From contig JBMNLH010000001.1 in the NCBI GenBank assembly GCA_050952625.1, positions 1,312,001 through 1,376,000 on the forward strand: a DNA stretch of 64,000 nucleotides, written 5' to 3'. Position numbers and translations under genes: made by a program. Position 1 is the stretch's first letter. Every line of letters begins with the position of its first letter. The notes below the pieces were generated by a model. It worked only from the letters and a program-made list of their open reading frames with translations. It had not been told where the DNA came from and did not search any database. The stretch comes from Bacillota bacterium (GTDB taxonomy: Bacteria; Bacillota; Ch66; Ch109). Of this stretch, positions 29,766 to 42,922 are shown in pieces.

Positions 29766-30762
29766 CTATACTATTTTAATGCAAAATTCTGGACAACTGG
29801 CTCCGCAATAACCACATAAAAGGCACTTATTGACGTTAACCCGCACTTTTCGTGCCACCATCTGTTCTTCTAATTGGGTTAATTGTGTGGGCAAAGGAAC
29901 GTCTAACAAACTCAAGGCATTTTGAGGACAGGAATCAACACACCGACCACAACCCTGGCACCAGTCATCAATATGGAGGCGACGTTTTTGCTTGCTCAGG
30001 GCGATCTCCGCCAGCGGATCTGGTTGCCTTCCTTCGGCTAAGGCAACGTTGACTTCAACCTCCAAATTAGATTTCATGCCGACCGCTACAGCATGTAACT
30101 CTGGCAGACTTAAAGCGTATCGCAGTGCTTCTCCAGCTCGCGCCATCAAGTTTCCGCCACCAATTGGCTTCATCCCATAAATACCTTTGCCTTTTTGATG
30201 AGCCAAGCGAATCGCTTCCAGCATCTCCTCCTTGGTCCCGTCAAGAATCCCAATACCCGCCAGATTGATTAAAGGATGAATAACCTCAACCTCTGGCATC
30301 TCTCCCGCTGCTCGTACCGCTGCCACCGCATGAGTTGAAATACCGACGGCTCTCACTAAACCTTTTACCTTTGCTTCGAGAAGGTATTCTAAAGCTGGAC
30401 GATGCCCTTGAAGAGTCAAGGCACTTTCTTGTTCATGGAGAAGGAAGATATCAACCACATCCCGGCCAAGTTCCCGCCGGGCCTTCTCCAAGCTTTCCTG
30501 CATCCCTTCTGCTGTGTAAGCATATGATTTTGAGGCAACTACGACCTCACCGGAAAAGCCACGTAAAGCTTCTCTGATGTAGGGGTAAGTTCCATAAAGT
30601 TCTGCCGTGTCAATAAAATTTACTCCTAATTCTAAAGCCCGTCTGATTACTGCGGCCCCCCTGGGGTATCGGCAAACAAGCCTGTAAAGGACCAATGGTT
30701 AGAGCACCGAAACATAATTTGGAGACCTTCAAGTTCGTGTTGCCCAGCCGGTTGTATTCCAT
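29766..30762 (-). CDS. Aldo/keto reductase with C-terminal 2x[4Fe-4S] domain; +1 frameshift in a G run at ~30658
   Basis: MEYNRLGNTNLKVSKLCFG / GVNFIDTAELY, GISTH, MKPIGGG, CxxCxxCxxxCP twice. Confidence 0.88.
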
Positions 30763-30910
30763 TTCCGTACTCCTATGCTGCTGCTTGCATGTATTATATT
30801 CTGATAGAAAGACCTCATCGACATAAGGTCGTGAGGTCATCTATGCCAAGTTAGCATAATTACTGAATTTCATCACCATTGCCTAGTCCTCTGAGCTTTA
30901 ACTTGGATGT

Positions 30911-31192
30911 CTAATCCTCCACCTGATCCGCCACGTGGTTAACCAGATAACTACGCAACAATTCCTCTAATAGTTCATCCCGTTCCAACTTACGAATCAA
31001 GGTCCGAGCATTACCATGGCTGGTAATATAGGCTGGATCTCCAGATAGTAAAAACCCAACCAGCTGATTAATCGGGTTGTACCCTTTCTCCCGGAGAGCG
31101 AAAAAAACGTGCTGTAATATCTCCCTCGCACTCTCTACGTCCTCAGACTTTACTTTAAAGGTCATAGTCTCCTGCTGGGTGTCACGCGACAT
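30911..31192 (-). CDS. ireB: IreB/ReoM (UPF0297) regulatory phosphoprotein
   Basis: [43 protein letters not shown]. Confidence 0.95.
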   Translation of the reverse strand: MSRDTQQETMTFKVKSEDVESAREILQHVFFALREKGYNPINQLVGFLLSGDPAYITSHGNARTLIRKLERDELLEELLRSYLVNHVADQVED

Positions 31193-31290
31193 TCTATCTC
31201 ACCCCCCGTTTGGTTTATTCCTTAATTTATCATATTCGCTGTAAATAGGCCGGTTCCTCCAAGTTACTCCTAAAAATTTAAAGGAGATAC

Positions 31291-31413
31291 CAAGTGAATC
31301 ATTCAGCTTCGCTAAACATCAACGCTTCAGATGCAAGCCCTACTTTACCTGAAGTTTTTAAAATAAGGTACCCCCATTTATAGAAGCAGGAGGCTTTTGG
31401 ATCCAAATTGAAA
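31291..31413 (+). mobile_element. Three-hairpin element, copy C
   Basis: aagtgaatcattcagcttcgctaaacatc..cttcagatg..acctgaagt..cccccatttatagaagcaggag..cttttgg. Confidence 0.7.
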
Positions 31414-31442
31414 ATGGTCCTTAATAGTCAGCAGCCTCTCGC

Positions 31443-34136
<2,694 letters not shown>

Positions 34137-34166
34137 TCATTTTCCAAAACTAACCTGATCATTTGA

Positions 34167-34195
34167 ATTATAACCAAGCCCTCCAGCTTTGTCAA
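34167..34195 (-). promoter_or_regulatory. Consensus sigmaA promoter of alaS
   Basis: TTGACA-17 nt-TATAAT, exact match. Confidence 0.9.
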
Positions 34196-34248
34196 TGCAA
34201 GGAGAAATCTGGCCATATATGCCGAAACTGATCAAAAGCTGTAACCGG

Positions 34249-35301
34249 CTAGTCCTCTAAACATTTCAGATAGATATAATTGATCACCACGCGAATAGTC
34301 GCCGCTAAGGGAACAGCCAACAGTAACCCAATAATTCCCCAGAGCTTGCCGCCGGCCAACAGAGCAAAGACGATCACCAGGGGGTGTAAGCCTACTCTAT
34401 CTCCCAAAATCTTAGGGGCAATCACGCTACTTTCTAATTGTTGAATCAACAACAGGGCTACTCCCGTGTATACTGCCAAACGGGTCGATTCCAGCATTGC
34501 CACCCCAACGGCTGGGAGAGCACCAATAAGGGGGCCAAAGTAAGGAATTAATTCAGCCACACCGGCCACTATTCCCAGGGTGAGGGCAAAATTAACCCCT
34601 AGAACAGCCAGGATCCCGGCAGTTAAAACCCCCACAATCAGGCAAACTAATAGATTACCGCGAATAAAACCGAGTAAGATTCGGTCAATTTCCGATAGCA
34701 AGGTCAATATATCTCCTCGCCATTGAGTAGGTAAAGCCGAAATAAATCTTCGTTTAATCAATTCGACGTCCTTCAGAAAATAAAACGAGAGGATTGGGGC
34801 CAAGACGACAATGATTAACGAACTATAACCCCGAATTAAACCTTCCAAAATACTGCCGATCATTCTAACTGCTTCTTCTTCGGTCCGGATAAAGGCTTGA
34901 TTAACCCCCAAACGAACTGCTTCCGGCATTACGGAATACTGGTAGCGTGTGTGTAATTCTTGAAGCCAGTTCTGATAAAAGCCAACGTATTTTGGAATAG
35001 TGTCAGCCAAGATAGTTAGTTCTCTCAAAAGAGCCGGAAGCGCAAGACCTAATACGACCGTTACCCCAGCACCTAGGGTAAAGTAGACGAGTAAGATGGA
35101 GATGGTTCTAGGATAGCCTCGTTCTTCCAGAAATCGAACTGGCCGGACTAGCAAATAGGCGAGAAACGCGGCCCAAATAAAAGGGACCAAGACCTCCTTA
35201 ACTTTTAGTAAGAAAAAGATACTGCCCACGAAAAGGACGATAAACCCAATTACCCGGCCGCGGAGCCATTTAGCTGGGATCTGCACACAATTTCCTCCCA
35301 A
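34249..35301 (-). CDS. AI-2E family transporter (YrrI-like)
   Basis: Multi-TM; IPYFGP, QQLESSVIAPKILG..VGLHP, GLLLAVP. Confidence 0.92.
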   Translation of the reverse strand: MGGNCVQIPAKWLRGRVIGFIVLFVGSIFFLLKVKEVLVPFIWAAFLAYLLVRPVRFLEERGYPRTISILLVYFTLGAGVTVVLGLALPALLRELTILADTIPKYVGFYQNWLQELHTRYQYSVMPEAVRLGVNQAFIRTEEEAVRMIGSILEGLIRGYSSLIIVVLAPILSFYFLKDVELIKRRFISALPTQWRGDILTLLSEIDRILLGFIRGNLLVCLIVGVLTAGILAVLGVNFALTLGIVAGVAELIPYFGPLIGALPAVGVAMLESTRLAVYTGVALLLIQQLESSVIAPKILGDRVGLHPLVIVFALLAGGKLWGIIGLLLAVPLAATIRVVINYIYLKCLED

Positions 35302-35453
35302 ACCTTGATTGTTTCTTCAGAAAAGGTTTATACCGGCCACAGCCTGATTTGTTTTTTATAGGTTAACCGAAAGTGAAAATAAAACACGCATCGAACTTGA
35401 TGCGTGCCCCAAATATCTCAAGCTGCAGCTTCTTCGTTAATGTTAATAATGAG

Positions 35454-35642
35454 TTAATCCATCAGGTCGCTAACCCCTTCTCGAACTTTCCGCATTATCC
35501 GCCGGGCTTGACTTTGCATCTGCCGCGACCTGCCCATAACCTTACGAGCCCGGCTAGGTTTCCTTTGCGGTGCGATCAACCATGCTGCCACTACCCCTAA
35601 CACACTGCCTGCCAGTAGTCCATTCCAAAACCGACTTCTCAT
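35454..35642 (-). CDS. Small YrzQ/YtxH-like membrane-anchored protein
   Basis: FWNGLLAGSVLGVVAAWL plus basic helix; synteny. Confidence 0.6.
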   Translation of the reverse strand: MRSRFWNGLLAGSVLGVVAAWLIAPQRKPSRARKVMGRSRQMQSQARRIMRKVREGVSDLMD

Positions 35643-35661
35643 ATAAATAAAGCTCACCCCC

Positions 35662-35850
35662 TTAGAATGAATAAGATTGCTCCATCGGCGAATCATAAGC
35701 CAAAAGGCTGCCATCTTCAGCTACCTCGTAAACCTCAAATCCATCCTGATTAACGCTGAATTCGACAAAGCAATTCCAACAGTAAAATTGATCCACCCCA
35801 ATTTTCCCTGTTTGAACGCCATTGCAAATAGGGCATTTCACCCCTACCAA
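35662..35850 (-). CDS. YrzR-like small zinc-ribbon protein
   Basis: CPIC..GKIGVDQFYCWNCFVEF..EDGSL. Confidence 0.8.
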   Translation of the reverse strand: MVGVKCPICNGVQTGKIGVDQFYCWNCFVEFSVNQDGFEVYEVAEDGSLLAYDSPMEQSYSF

Positions 35851-36320
35851 CCCCCTTCCTGTGCGACAAACCGATCTGTACTACTTGCTACAACCGAATC
35901 GACTGGGAGAACTCGCCGACCATCCACCAGATCCTGCACCAGTCCATCAGAAATCTCCCAACCAGTGATTCGACCATCTGGCAGACTAAGAACCAAATCC
36001 TCGACAGTGCCCAAATCCCTACCCTCGCAACCAAAAACACTGATTCCCTTCAAGGACTTAATCCCAAACTCTGTTCCTGGATCTACCGCCAACTCATCAT
36101 CCGTATTTTCCTCATCAACAATAACTGCCTGTTTATTAATTTGCTGAATCTGTTTAAGAGGAACCAACCGCCGGTTGGTGAGCCATCCATCTGACCTAAC
36201 TGAAAGAGCTGTAACCTTGTCCTGGCTGAGATCCACAATTAAATCCTCAACCGAACCAGTTTCTTTCCCCGTTTTCCAATCGATAACTGGCAGGCCAATC
36301 AACTCCCGGCCTTTACGCAT
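35844..36320 (-). CDS. PRC-barrel domain protein (YrrD-like)
   Basis: LIGLPVID..G.VEDL twice; EISDGLVQDLVDGR. Confidence 0.85.
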   Translation of the reverse strand: MRKGRELIGLPVIDWKTGKETGSVEDLIVDLSQDKVTALSVRSDGWLTNRRLVPLKQIQQINKQAVIVDEENTDDELAVDPGTEFGIKSLKGISVFGCEGRDLGTVEDLVLSLPDGRITGWEISDGLVQDLVDGRRVLPVDSVVASSTDRFVAQEGGW

Positions 36321-36372
36321 AACCGGCCTCCTCTCATTTCCTATTATCTCCCTTAAACAGTGAATCAATGCA

Positions 36373-37446
36373 TTATTCTTCAGATCGAACAATTGTTCCG
36401 CCGCCGACGACCAGATTATCCTGATAGTAAACCACTGCCTGTCCTGGAGTAACCGCCCTTTGGGGTAAATCAAATTCAATAAGAACCTGGTTACCGGCTG
36501 CCGGTTGAATCACGGCTGTCGCTGGTGCAGCCGCGTAACGAATTTTGGCTTCCACTTTTAAGGCAGCATTAAGATCGGCAAATGGGATAAAATTATTGTT
36601 TGCTGCCCAAACCCGGCGACTATATAGTTCCTTGTTGTCACCTAACACCACCGCATTCTCTTCTGGAATGATCTGCACCACGTACATTGGACGACCCAGT
36701 GCTAAACCTAAGCCTTTGCGTTGTCCCACGGTATAAAAAGGAAGCCCCTGGTGCTGGCCAAGGCAGCGTCCCTGTTGATCGAGAAAAGGGCCGGGCCTGA
36801 TTTGGGAAGCGACTCGCTGCTTTAAAAACTCTCGATAATTATTATTATCAATAAAACATACTTCTTGACTATCGGGCTTGTCCGCTACTTTTAGCTTCAG
36901 CCTTTCCGCTAATTGGCGAATATCTGTTTTTGAATACTGTCCTAACGGAAAAATTATGTAGCGTAGCTGTTCCTGCGATAAATCGTATAAAAAATAGCTT
37001 TGGTCCTTGCGGGGATCTATTCCGCGTAACAAGACATATCGACTGGTCTCCTTATCCTGTTCAACCCGGGCGTAGTGGCCGGTAGCGATAAACTTGGCTC
37101 CCAGTGACCGGGCGTGCTCAATCAGCAACCCAAACTTAATCCAACGGTTGCAGACAACACAGGGATTTGGCGTTCGTCCTTGCAAGTACTCAGTTATAAA
37201 ATATTGAACTACTTCTTGTTCAAAAGACTCTTGAAGATTAAGCGTATAGTGGGGAAAGCCCAGGCGATCCGCTACTTGCCGGGCATCTTTAACTGCCGTC
37301 TGGAAACCAGGCCTCTCTTTTTCTTTCCCTTGATCCGACCATAACTGCATAGTTAAGCCAATGACCTGATGACCGGCTTCCTGGAGCAGATACGCGGCGA
37401 CAGAACTATCAACGCCCCCACTCATTGCCACCGCCACTTTTGCCAT
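36373..37446 (-). CDS. mnmA: tRNA-specific 2-thiouridylase
   Basis: AMSGGVDSSVAA, TPNPCVVCN, ATGHYA, KDQSYFL, TVGQRKGLG, AVTPGQ. Confidence 0.97.
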   Translation of the reverse strand: MAKVAVAMSGGVDSSVAAYLLQEAGHQVIGLTMQLWSDQGKEKERPGFQTAVKDARQVADRLGFPHYTLNLQESFEQEVVQYFITEYLQGRTPNPCVVCNRWIKFGLLIEHARSLGAKFIATGHYARVEQDKETSRYVLLRGIDPRKDQSYFLYDLSQEQLRYIIFPLGQYSKTDIRQLAERLKLKVADKPDSQEVCFIDNNNYREFLKQRVASQIRPGPFLDQQGRCLGQHQGLPFYTVGQRKGLGLALGRPMYVVQIIPEENAVVLGDNKELYSRRVWAANNNFIPFADLNAALKVEAKIRYAAAPATAVIQPAAGNQVLIEFDLPQRAVTPGQAVVYYQDNLVVGGGTIVRSEE

Positions 37447-37462
37447 TTCCAACCACCCTTTC

Positions 37463-37672
37463 TGGATGTTAGATGTTAGATATTGGATGTTAGACGTGGG
37501 GTGTAAAGCGTTAGGTCCTACTTTTACGTTCCACGTCATTCTTTTCTCTAAGTTGCATTATCTACGTTACACGTTTTACGCTTCATTGCATACGTCTTAT
37601 ACTCCACAATTTACGTCTTACTTTTCACGTTTAAACATCTTATGCTCTACGTTTTACCCCGCACGCCTCCCT
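37463..37672. repeat. Degenerate 7-nt-period array with two complementary arms
   Basis: Minus strand: ~20 RACGTRR-like units (aacgtag, gacgtaa, agcgtaa, aacgtgt...) then ~7 complementary units (cctaacg, ccccacg, tctaaca, tccaata, tctaaca, tctaaca). Confidence 0.8.
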
Positions 37673-37674
37673 CT

Positions 37675-38853
37675 TCACCTCTCACAAGGGCAGGTCGGCC
37701 CGTTCCAGCTGGGGCCGCGAAGCTGCTCAACCAAACGAGGCAATTCCTCTAAGACATAATCCAGTTCTTGATGAGTATTGTCGCGGCCTAGAGTTAAACG
37801 GATTGAGCCCTGGACCTGATCAGCCGATAGTCCAATCGCCTGTAGAACATGGGACGGCTCAATTGCGCCAGCCATACAGGCAGATCCGCTGGAAGCAGCA
37901 ATGCCTTTTTCGTCCAGAGCGGTTAGTAAGCTTTGTCCTTCCAGTCCGACAAAACTTATATTCAGGTGTCCGGGTATCCTCTGGCTGGGGTGGCCGTTAA
38001 GTTTAACCGCGGAAATCCGGGTTTGGATTTCCTCCCATAGTCGATCGCGAAGTCGATTAATCCGACCCGCGACCGATTCCATTTCGGCGATAGCCAGTTC
38101 CACGGCTCGACCAAAGCCAACGATTCCAGCCACATTCTCTGTTCCCGGCCTGATTTTTTGTTCCTGGCTTCCGCCATGCCATAGAGGGTCAAGCCGACTC
38201 CCCTCGCGAATATATAACATCCCGGCACCTTTGGGGCCATAAATCTTATGCGCGGAAGCTGAAAGCAGACTAACTCCAAGTTGCTTAACGTCTATCGGTA
38301 CTTTCCCTAAAGATTGAACAGCATCTGTATGAAAAGGAATGCTTCGTTCCTGAGCCCGTCGACCAATTTCCGCAATTGGTTGGATTGTTCCTATTTCGTT
38401 GTTGGCGTGCATTATCGAAATTAGGATAGTATCGTCGTCTAAAACTCGATCTAGTTCGGTTAGATCAACTTCTCCATATTCATTGACCGGCAAATAGGTT
38501 ACCCGAAAACCACGTTTTTCCAGGTATTTGCAAGAATCCAATACGGCATGATGTTCAATACAGGAAGTGATTATATGCCTTCCCCGGTCCTGATAAGCAT
38601 AGGCAGTACCCAGAATCGCCAGGTTATCTGCTTCTGTTCCCCCACTCGTAAAAAGAATTTCGGTCGGATTAGCCCCAATCGCCTCGGCTGCCTGTTCCCG
38701 AGCCCAATTTAAACCTTGGCGAGCTTGTCGCCCATAACTATGTAAACTAGAAGGATTGCCAAACTTATTCCTCAGATATTGCTGCATCAACTCGCTAACC
38801 TCCAGACGAACCGGCGTCGTTGCGCTGTGGTCCAGGTAAACTGATCTCACCAT
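37675..38853 (-). CDS. iscS: Cysteine desulfurase (IscS/NifS, YrvO-like)
   Basis: YLDHSATT, GNPSSLH, FTSGGTE, SAHKIYGPKG, SSGSAC. Confidence 0.93.
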   Translation of the reverse strand: MVRSVYLDHSATTPVRLEVSELMQQYLRNKFGNPSSLHSYGRQARQGLNWAREQAAEAIGANPTEILFTSGGTEADNLAILGTAYAYQDRGRHIITSCIEHHAVLDSCKYLEKRGFRVTYLPVNEYGEVDLTELDRVLDDDTILISIMHANNEIGTIQPIAEIGRRAQERSIPFHTDAVQSLGKVPIDVKQLGVSLLSASAHKIYGPKGAGMLYIREGSRLDPLWHGGSQEQKIRPGTENVAGIVGFGRAVELAIAEMESVAGRINRLRDRLWEEIQTRISAVKLNGHPSQRIPGHLNISFVGLEGQSLLTALDEKGIAASSGSACMAGAIEPSHVLQAIGLSADQVQGSIRLTLGRDNTHQELDYVLEELPRLVEQLRGPSWNGPTCPCER

Positions 38854-38943
38854 CTGTCTAATCCTCTCCTTACTTGGCATAGTGTCCCGATATAGTATAA
38901 TATATCCTTATATAAATAACTTCATAAGTTGCGAAGCCTTATA

Positions 38944-38984
38944 GGAGACGGGGACAGGTTTACTGTCCCGGGCAATCTGCTACT
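38944..38984 (+). repeat. GGGACA-palindrome (REP-like) copy 3
   Basis: ggagacggggacaggtttactgtcccgggcaatctgctac. Confidence 0.75.
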
Positions 38985-39087
38985 CCAAAATACTAAAGCT
39001 AGTATTCTAACACGGTCAGCCGGCTAAACTGGGAACGAGAACAAAGACGGCATGGGGATCTACTATAGGAATACGGGAGTGAGCAAG

Positions 39088-40410
39088 ATGAATTTGTTTG
39101 ACTACCCCGGATTATCCGATCATTATGATTCCGAATTACCGCTAGCGGCTAGGATGCGGCCACAAAATTTAGATGAATTTATCGGCCAGGAAGAAATCCT
39201 TGGCCCTGGAAAACTTCTTCGCCGAGCCATTGAAACCGATACCCTGAGTTCTTTGATCTTGTATGGTCCGCCTGGAAGCGGCAAAACCAGTTTAGCCCAG
39301 GTAATTTCTCGCATGTCCCAAGCCGAATTTATCAAACTAAACTCCGTTACTTCCGGAATAAAAGAATTAAGAGAAACTATCCAACAAGCCCGGGAACGCC
39401 GCCTTTACCACCGCCAAAAAACCATCTTATTTATTGACGAGATCCATCACCTGAATAAAAGTCAGCAGGATGTTCTCCTACCAGCAGTAGAGGACGGAAT
39501 AATTATCCTGATTGGAGCAACAACCGAAAACCCATACTTTGAAGTAAACTCAGCCTTGTTATCCCGTTCGCGAGTCTTTCGTCTCCGCCGCCTAACCACG
39601 GAAGAAATTAAATTAGCTTTGCAGCGGGCCCTTCAGGACGAAGAACGGGGACTTGGTCAGTATTCGGTCGAAATTACGGAAGAAGCACTTGATCACCTAG
39701 CGAATATCGCCAACGGCGATATCCGAAATGCCCTTTCGGCTCTAGAAATGGCGGTTATGACCACCTCTCCCCAGCAAGGGGTACGACACATCAATCTAAC
39801 GGTAGCAGAAGACGCCATGCAACGCCGAGCTGTTCAATACGATCGACATGGCGATCAGCATTATGATGTGATTTCGGCTTTTATAAAAAGTGTCCGTGGT
39901 TCAGATCCAGATGCGGCCCTATACTGGCTGGCTTTGATGCTCTATGGCGGGGAGGATCCCCGTTTTATCATCCGGCGTCTGATTATCCTAGCTTCAGAAG
40001 ACATTGGTTTGGCAGACCCCCAGGCCATGCTGATCGCCCAAGCAGCCGCCAGTGCCCTGGAATGGGTTGGCTTGCCTGAAGCCCGCATTCCTCTGGCTGA
40101 GGCGACTATCTATCTCAGCCTAGCTCCAAAAAGCAACAGTGCTTATTTAGCAATTGAACGAGCGTTACATGATGTTGAGACCAAACCAATTGGTCCAGTA
40201 CCGGCCCATCTGAGAGATTCTCATTACCCGGGTGCCTGTCAGTTCGGTCATGGAGCCGGGTATCGGTACCCACATGATTATCCCGGTCATGTGGTCAAAC
40301 AAGAATACCTGCCTGAATCACTAAAGGGCAGCTGCTACTACCATCCTTCTGATCAAGGCTGGGAAGCCAAACAACAACGACAAACATTGAAGCCAAACCA
40401 AAAAAAGTAG
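39088..40410 (+). CDS. rarA: Replication-associated recombination protein A
   Basis: [48 protein letters not shown]. Confidence 0.96.
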   Translation: MNLFDYPGLSDHYDSELPLAARMRPQNLDEFIGQEEILGPGKLLRRAIETDTLSSLILYGPPGSGKTSLAQVISRMSQAEFIKLNSVTSGIKELRETIQQARERRLYHRQKTILFIDEIHHLNKSQQDVLLPAVEDGIIILIGATTENPYFEVNSALLSRSRVFRLRRLTTEEIKLALQRALQDEERGLGQYSVEITEEALDHLANIANGDIRNALSALEMAVMTTSPQQGVRHINLTVAEDAMQRRAVQYDRHGDQHYDVISAFIKSVRGSDPDAALYWLALMLYGGEDPRFIIRRLIILASEDIGLADPQAMLIAQAAASALEWVGLPEARIPLAEATIYLSLAPKSNSAYLAIERALHDVETKPIGPVPAHLRDSHYPGACQFGHGAGYRYPHDYPGHVVKQEYLPESLKGSCYYHPSDQGWEAKQQRQTLKPNQKK

Positions 40411-40698
40411 CACCATGCCGGTTTATTGTATTAGTTTATCCTGGTCCATTGATAATACGCGCTAGTCAAAAGATATTAATGATTTGTCATTTTGTCTAAT
40501 TTTAACCATGACATCTTCCGATAATAATTCTCTTATTTCCTCTTCACTGATTCGCTGCTTTCTGCTACTATAGAAAAGGTGTAAAAACCTGGACACGTAA
40601 GAGGCAAGTGAATTATCATGAGCCACGAGTCAAGCCTAAGTCAACTGGTATCAATAACTCTTCTATAATCACTTTAGATTTAAAGGAGTGCTCTGCTA

Positions 40699-41853
40699 AT
40701 GAGAAAGCTTCAAGACCTTGAAGTAAACGGCAAACGGGTCCTGGTGAGGGTAGATTTCAACATTCCAATTGAAGACGGTAGAATTAGTGATGATTACCGG
40801 ATAGTAACCGCCCTGCCTACTATTCGCTACCTTTTAGAACGTCAGGCTCGGGTGATCTTAATGAGCCATCTTGGTCGGCCTAACGGAAAAGTCGTTGAAA
40901 AACTTCGACTAGAACCGGTAGCCTTCAGACTAGCCGAACTTCTTGAACAGCCGGTTGATTATGTTCGGGACTGTATCGGTCCTGAGGTTGAGCAAGCAGC
41001 GGCTTCACTCCGAAACGGCCATGTCTTACTCCTGGAAAATCTGCGTTTTTATCCAGAAGAAGAAAAAAATGATGAAGATTTTGCTCGAAAGTTAGCCGGT
41101 CTGGCTGACTGCTACATAAATGATGCTTTTAGTGCCGCTCACCGAGCTCATGCCTCGACCCACGCGATTGCCCACTTACTACCGAGCGCGGCCGGCTTGC
41201 TCATGGAGAAAGAGATTTCAGCTTTGGGTCAGTTAGAAACCAAACCGCGTCATCCTTTTGTCGTAATCCTAGGTGGGGCAAAGGTAAGTGACAAGATTGG
41301 TGTCATTAATAACTTGATTGACAAAGCTGACTATTTATTGATTGGTGGAGGAATGGCTTTTACATTCTTGAAAGCTCAGGGAATTGAAATTGGCCGGTCT
41401 TTAGTAGAACCTGAGAAAATTGAATACGCCAAGGAATTATTACTAAAGGCGGGAGGTAAGATTAAGCTGCCGGTGGACGTAGTAGTCGCTGAAGCGTTAA
41501 AAACAGGGATCGCTCAAAGAGTTGTTAGTTCTAATGAGATACCGGCAGATCAAATGGGCCTTGACATTGGGCCAGAAACGATCGATCTTTTTTCTCAGTT
41601 AATCGGTACTGCCCGAACCGTCTTTTGGAATGGACCATTAGGTGCTTTTGAAATCCCGGATTTCTCCCGAGGTACGATCAGTATTCGAGAAGCGATCGCT
41701 CAAAATACGGGAACTACGGTAATCGGGGGTGGAGATACGGCCAACGCGGTGCAAGAATGCCTAAATCGGTTTACCCATGTTTCCACTGGCGGAGGGGCCT
41801 CCCTGGAATTTCTCGAAGGCAGGACCTTGCCCGGAGTGGCTGTGCTTAAATAA
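40699..41853 (+). CDS. pgk: Phosphoglycerate kinase
   Basis: RVDFNIP, SHLGRP, ENLRF, GGAKVSDK, HVSTGGGASLE. Confidence 0.97.
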   Translation: MRKLQDLEVNGKRVLVRVDFNIPIEDGRISDDYRIVTALPTIRYLLERQARVILMSHLGRPNGKVVEKLRLEPVAFRLAELLEQPVDYVRDCIGPEVEQAAASLRNGHVLLLENLRFYPEEEKNDEDFARKLAGLADCYINDAFSAAHRAHASTHAIAHLLPSAAGLLMEKEISALGQLETKPRHPFVVILGGAKVSDKIGVINNLIDKADYLLIGGGMAFTFLKAQGIEIGRSLVEPEKIEYAKELLLKAGGKIKLPVDVVVAEALKTGIAQRVVSSNEIPADQMGLDIGPETIDLFSQLIGTARTVFWNGPLGAFEIPDFSRGTISIREAIAQNTGTTVIGGGDTANAVQECLNRFTHVSTGGGASLEFLEGRTLPGVAVLK

Positions 41854-42033
41854 TCATGATCATGCAGTGTTTTAATGGAGGTTAGCGATTGTCGATTTGT
41901 ATATCTTTATATGCTTCCTGCCTCGTCTGCTGATCGACTTAGAATACTAGCACAACCTATTAACCTATTTGTAAATTAGTTTTGAGATAAAAATCACTAA
42001 GCAAGATCTCGGACCGGGGGATGCGTAGTGATT

Positions 42034-42147
42034 TTTATCTGAGTTCAAAAGACCTTCTACAATGGGGGTTATCTTGTTTAAACTCCAGGTAGAGTAACTT
42101 CTCCACCTGAAACCCCGATGTTCAGCGAAGCTGAATGAGCTCACTAG
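42034..42147 (-). mobile_element. Three-hairpin element, copy D
   Basis: Reverse complement: ctagtgagctcattcagcttcgctgaacatcggggtttcaggtggag..ctctacctgga..cttttgaactcagataaa. Confidence 0.75.
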
Positions 42148-42170
42148 GAACTGACTCCTCAGCTGCCCTC

Positions 42171-42608
42171 TTAGTGAAGGGTTAGCATTTTCAAACCAAG
42201 CTCTGGATCCAATTGTCGATTGACGGCAACGCCAGTCAGTTCCAAAACTATCGCTTCCACTACTAAATAAACCTCAGCATCCTTCCTCACACAGCCGGTT
42301 AAGCTTATATCCCCTTTACCAAAAGTTGCATGGATATGTAATTCCGGCTGATCCTGGTTTGAAAAGATCGTTCCAATCCCTAATATTTCCCGGCCATCCT
42401 CAAATTCTTGCCACACTTGCTCAGGGGGAACGGTGCATTCCTTGGGACCAGCCACAATTGAAGCTTTTTTTATTGCTCCCAATAAAAATATTACAGCTGC
42501 CTTTAGTTCTTCTTGGCAGGCCAGGTTTTGTAATTGATCTAATAAGTTATCTCCATGCTCAATTTTTACTATAAAGACACGCCCAATACTCCCGCCTGTG
42601 TATCGCAA
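42171..42608 (-). CDS. PPC/DUF296 domain protein
   Basis: KIEHGDNLL, LGAI, EILGIGT, LHIHATFG, E..V.E. Confidence 0.85.
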   Translation of the reverse strand: MRYTGGSIGRVFIVKIEHGDNLLDQLQNLACQEELKAAVIFLLGAIKKASIVAGPKECTVPPEQVWQEFEDGREILGIGTIFSNQDQPELHIHATFGKGDISLTGCVRKDAEVYLVVEAIVLELTGVAVNRQLDPELGLKMLTLH

Positions 42609-42868
42609 ACCATAATCCCTCCTGTAAAGAACAAAATTTATTACCTGTCGCTTCCAATTAATCAAGCTATATGAGGAATAGCAAAATAAATTTACTAGAT
42701 AACTCTATTTAACCAATTATACTCTTAATTGTAACACATTTAACTAGGCTTGATGCAAAATGTTAAATTATGTAGGCAGGTGATATCACGGTTCAAGTAT
42801 TAAAGATTTCGTTCGACAAAAAAAGGACTTTGCCGGTATTTGTAGAATACTACTATTCACACAATAAT

Positions 42869-42908
42869 TTTGAGTATATTACTCCAAAAATGTCGTAATA
42901 TACTCAAA
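42869..42908. promoter_or_regulatory. Perfect 14-bp inverted repeat abutting the RBS of the gamma-CA-like gene
   Basis: tttgagtatattac-12 nt-gtaatatactcaaa; sigmaH-like AGGA..GAAT just upstream (~42824-42848). Confidence 0.7.
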
Positions 42909-42922
42909 GGAGTCGAAGGGTA

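Noticed and set aside
37466-37759. 97-aa plus-strand ORF and the N-terminal extension of mnmA
   Set aside because: Both are translations of the heptamer array; mnmA has a proper RBS and ATG at 37446.
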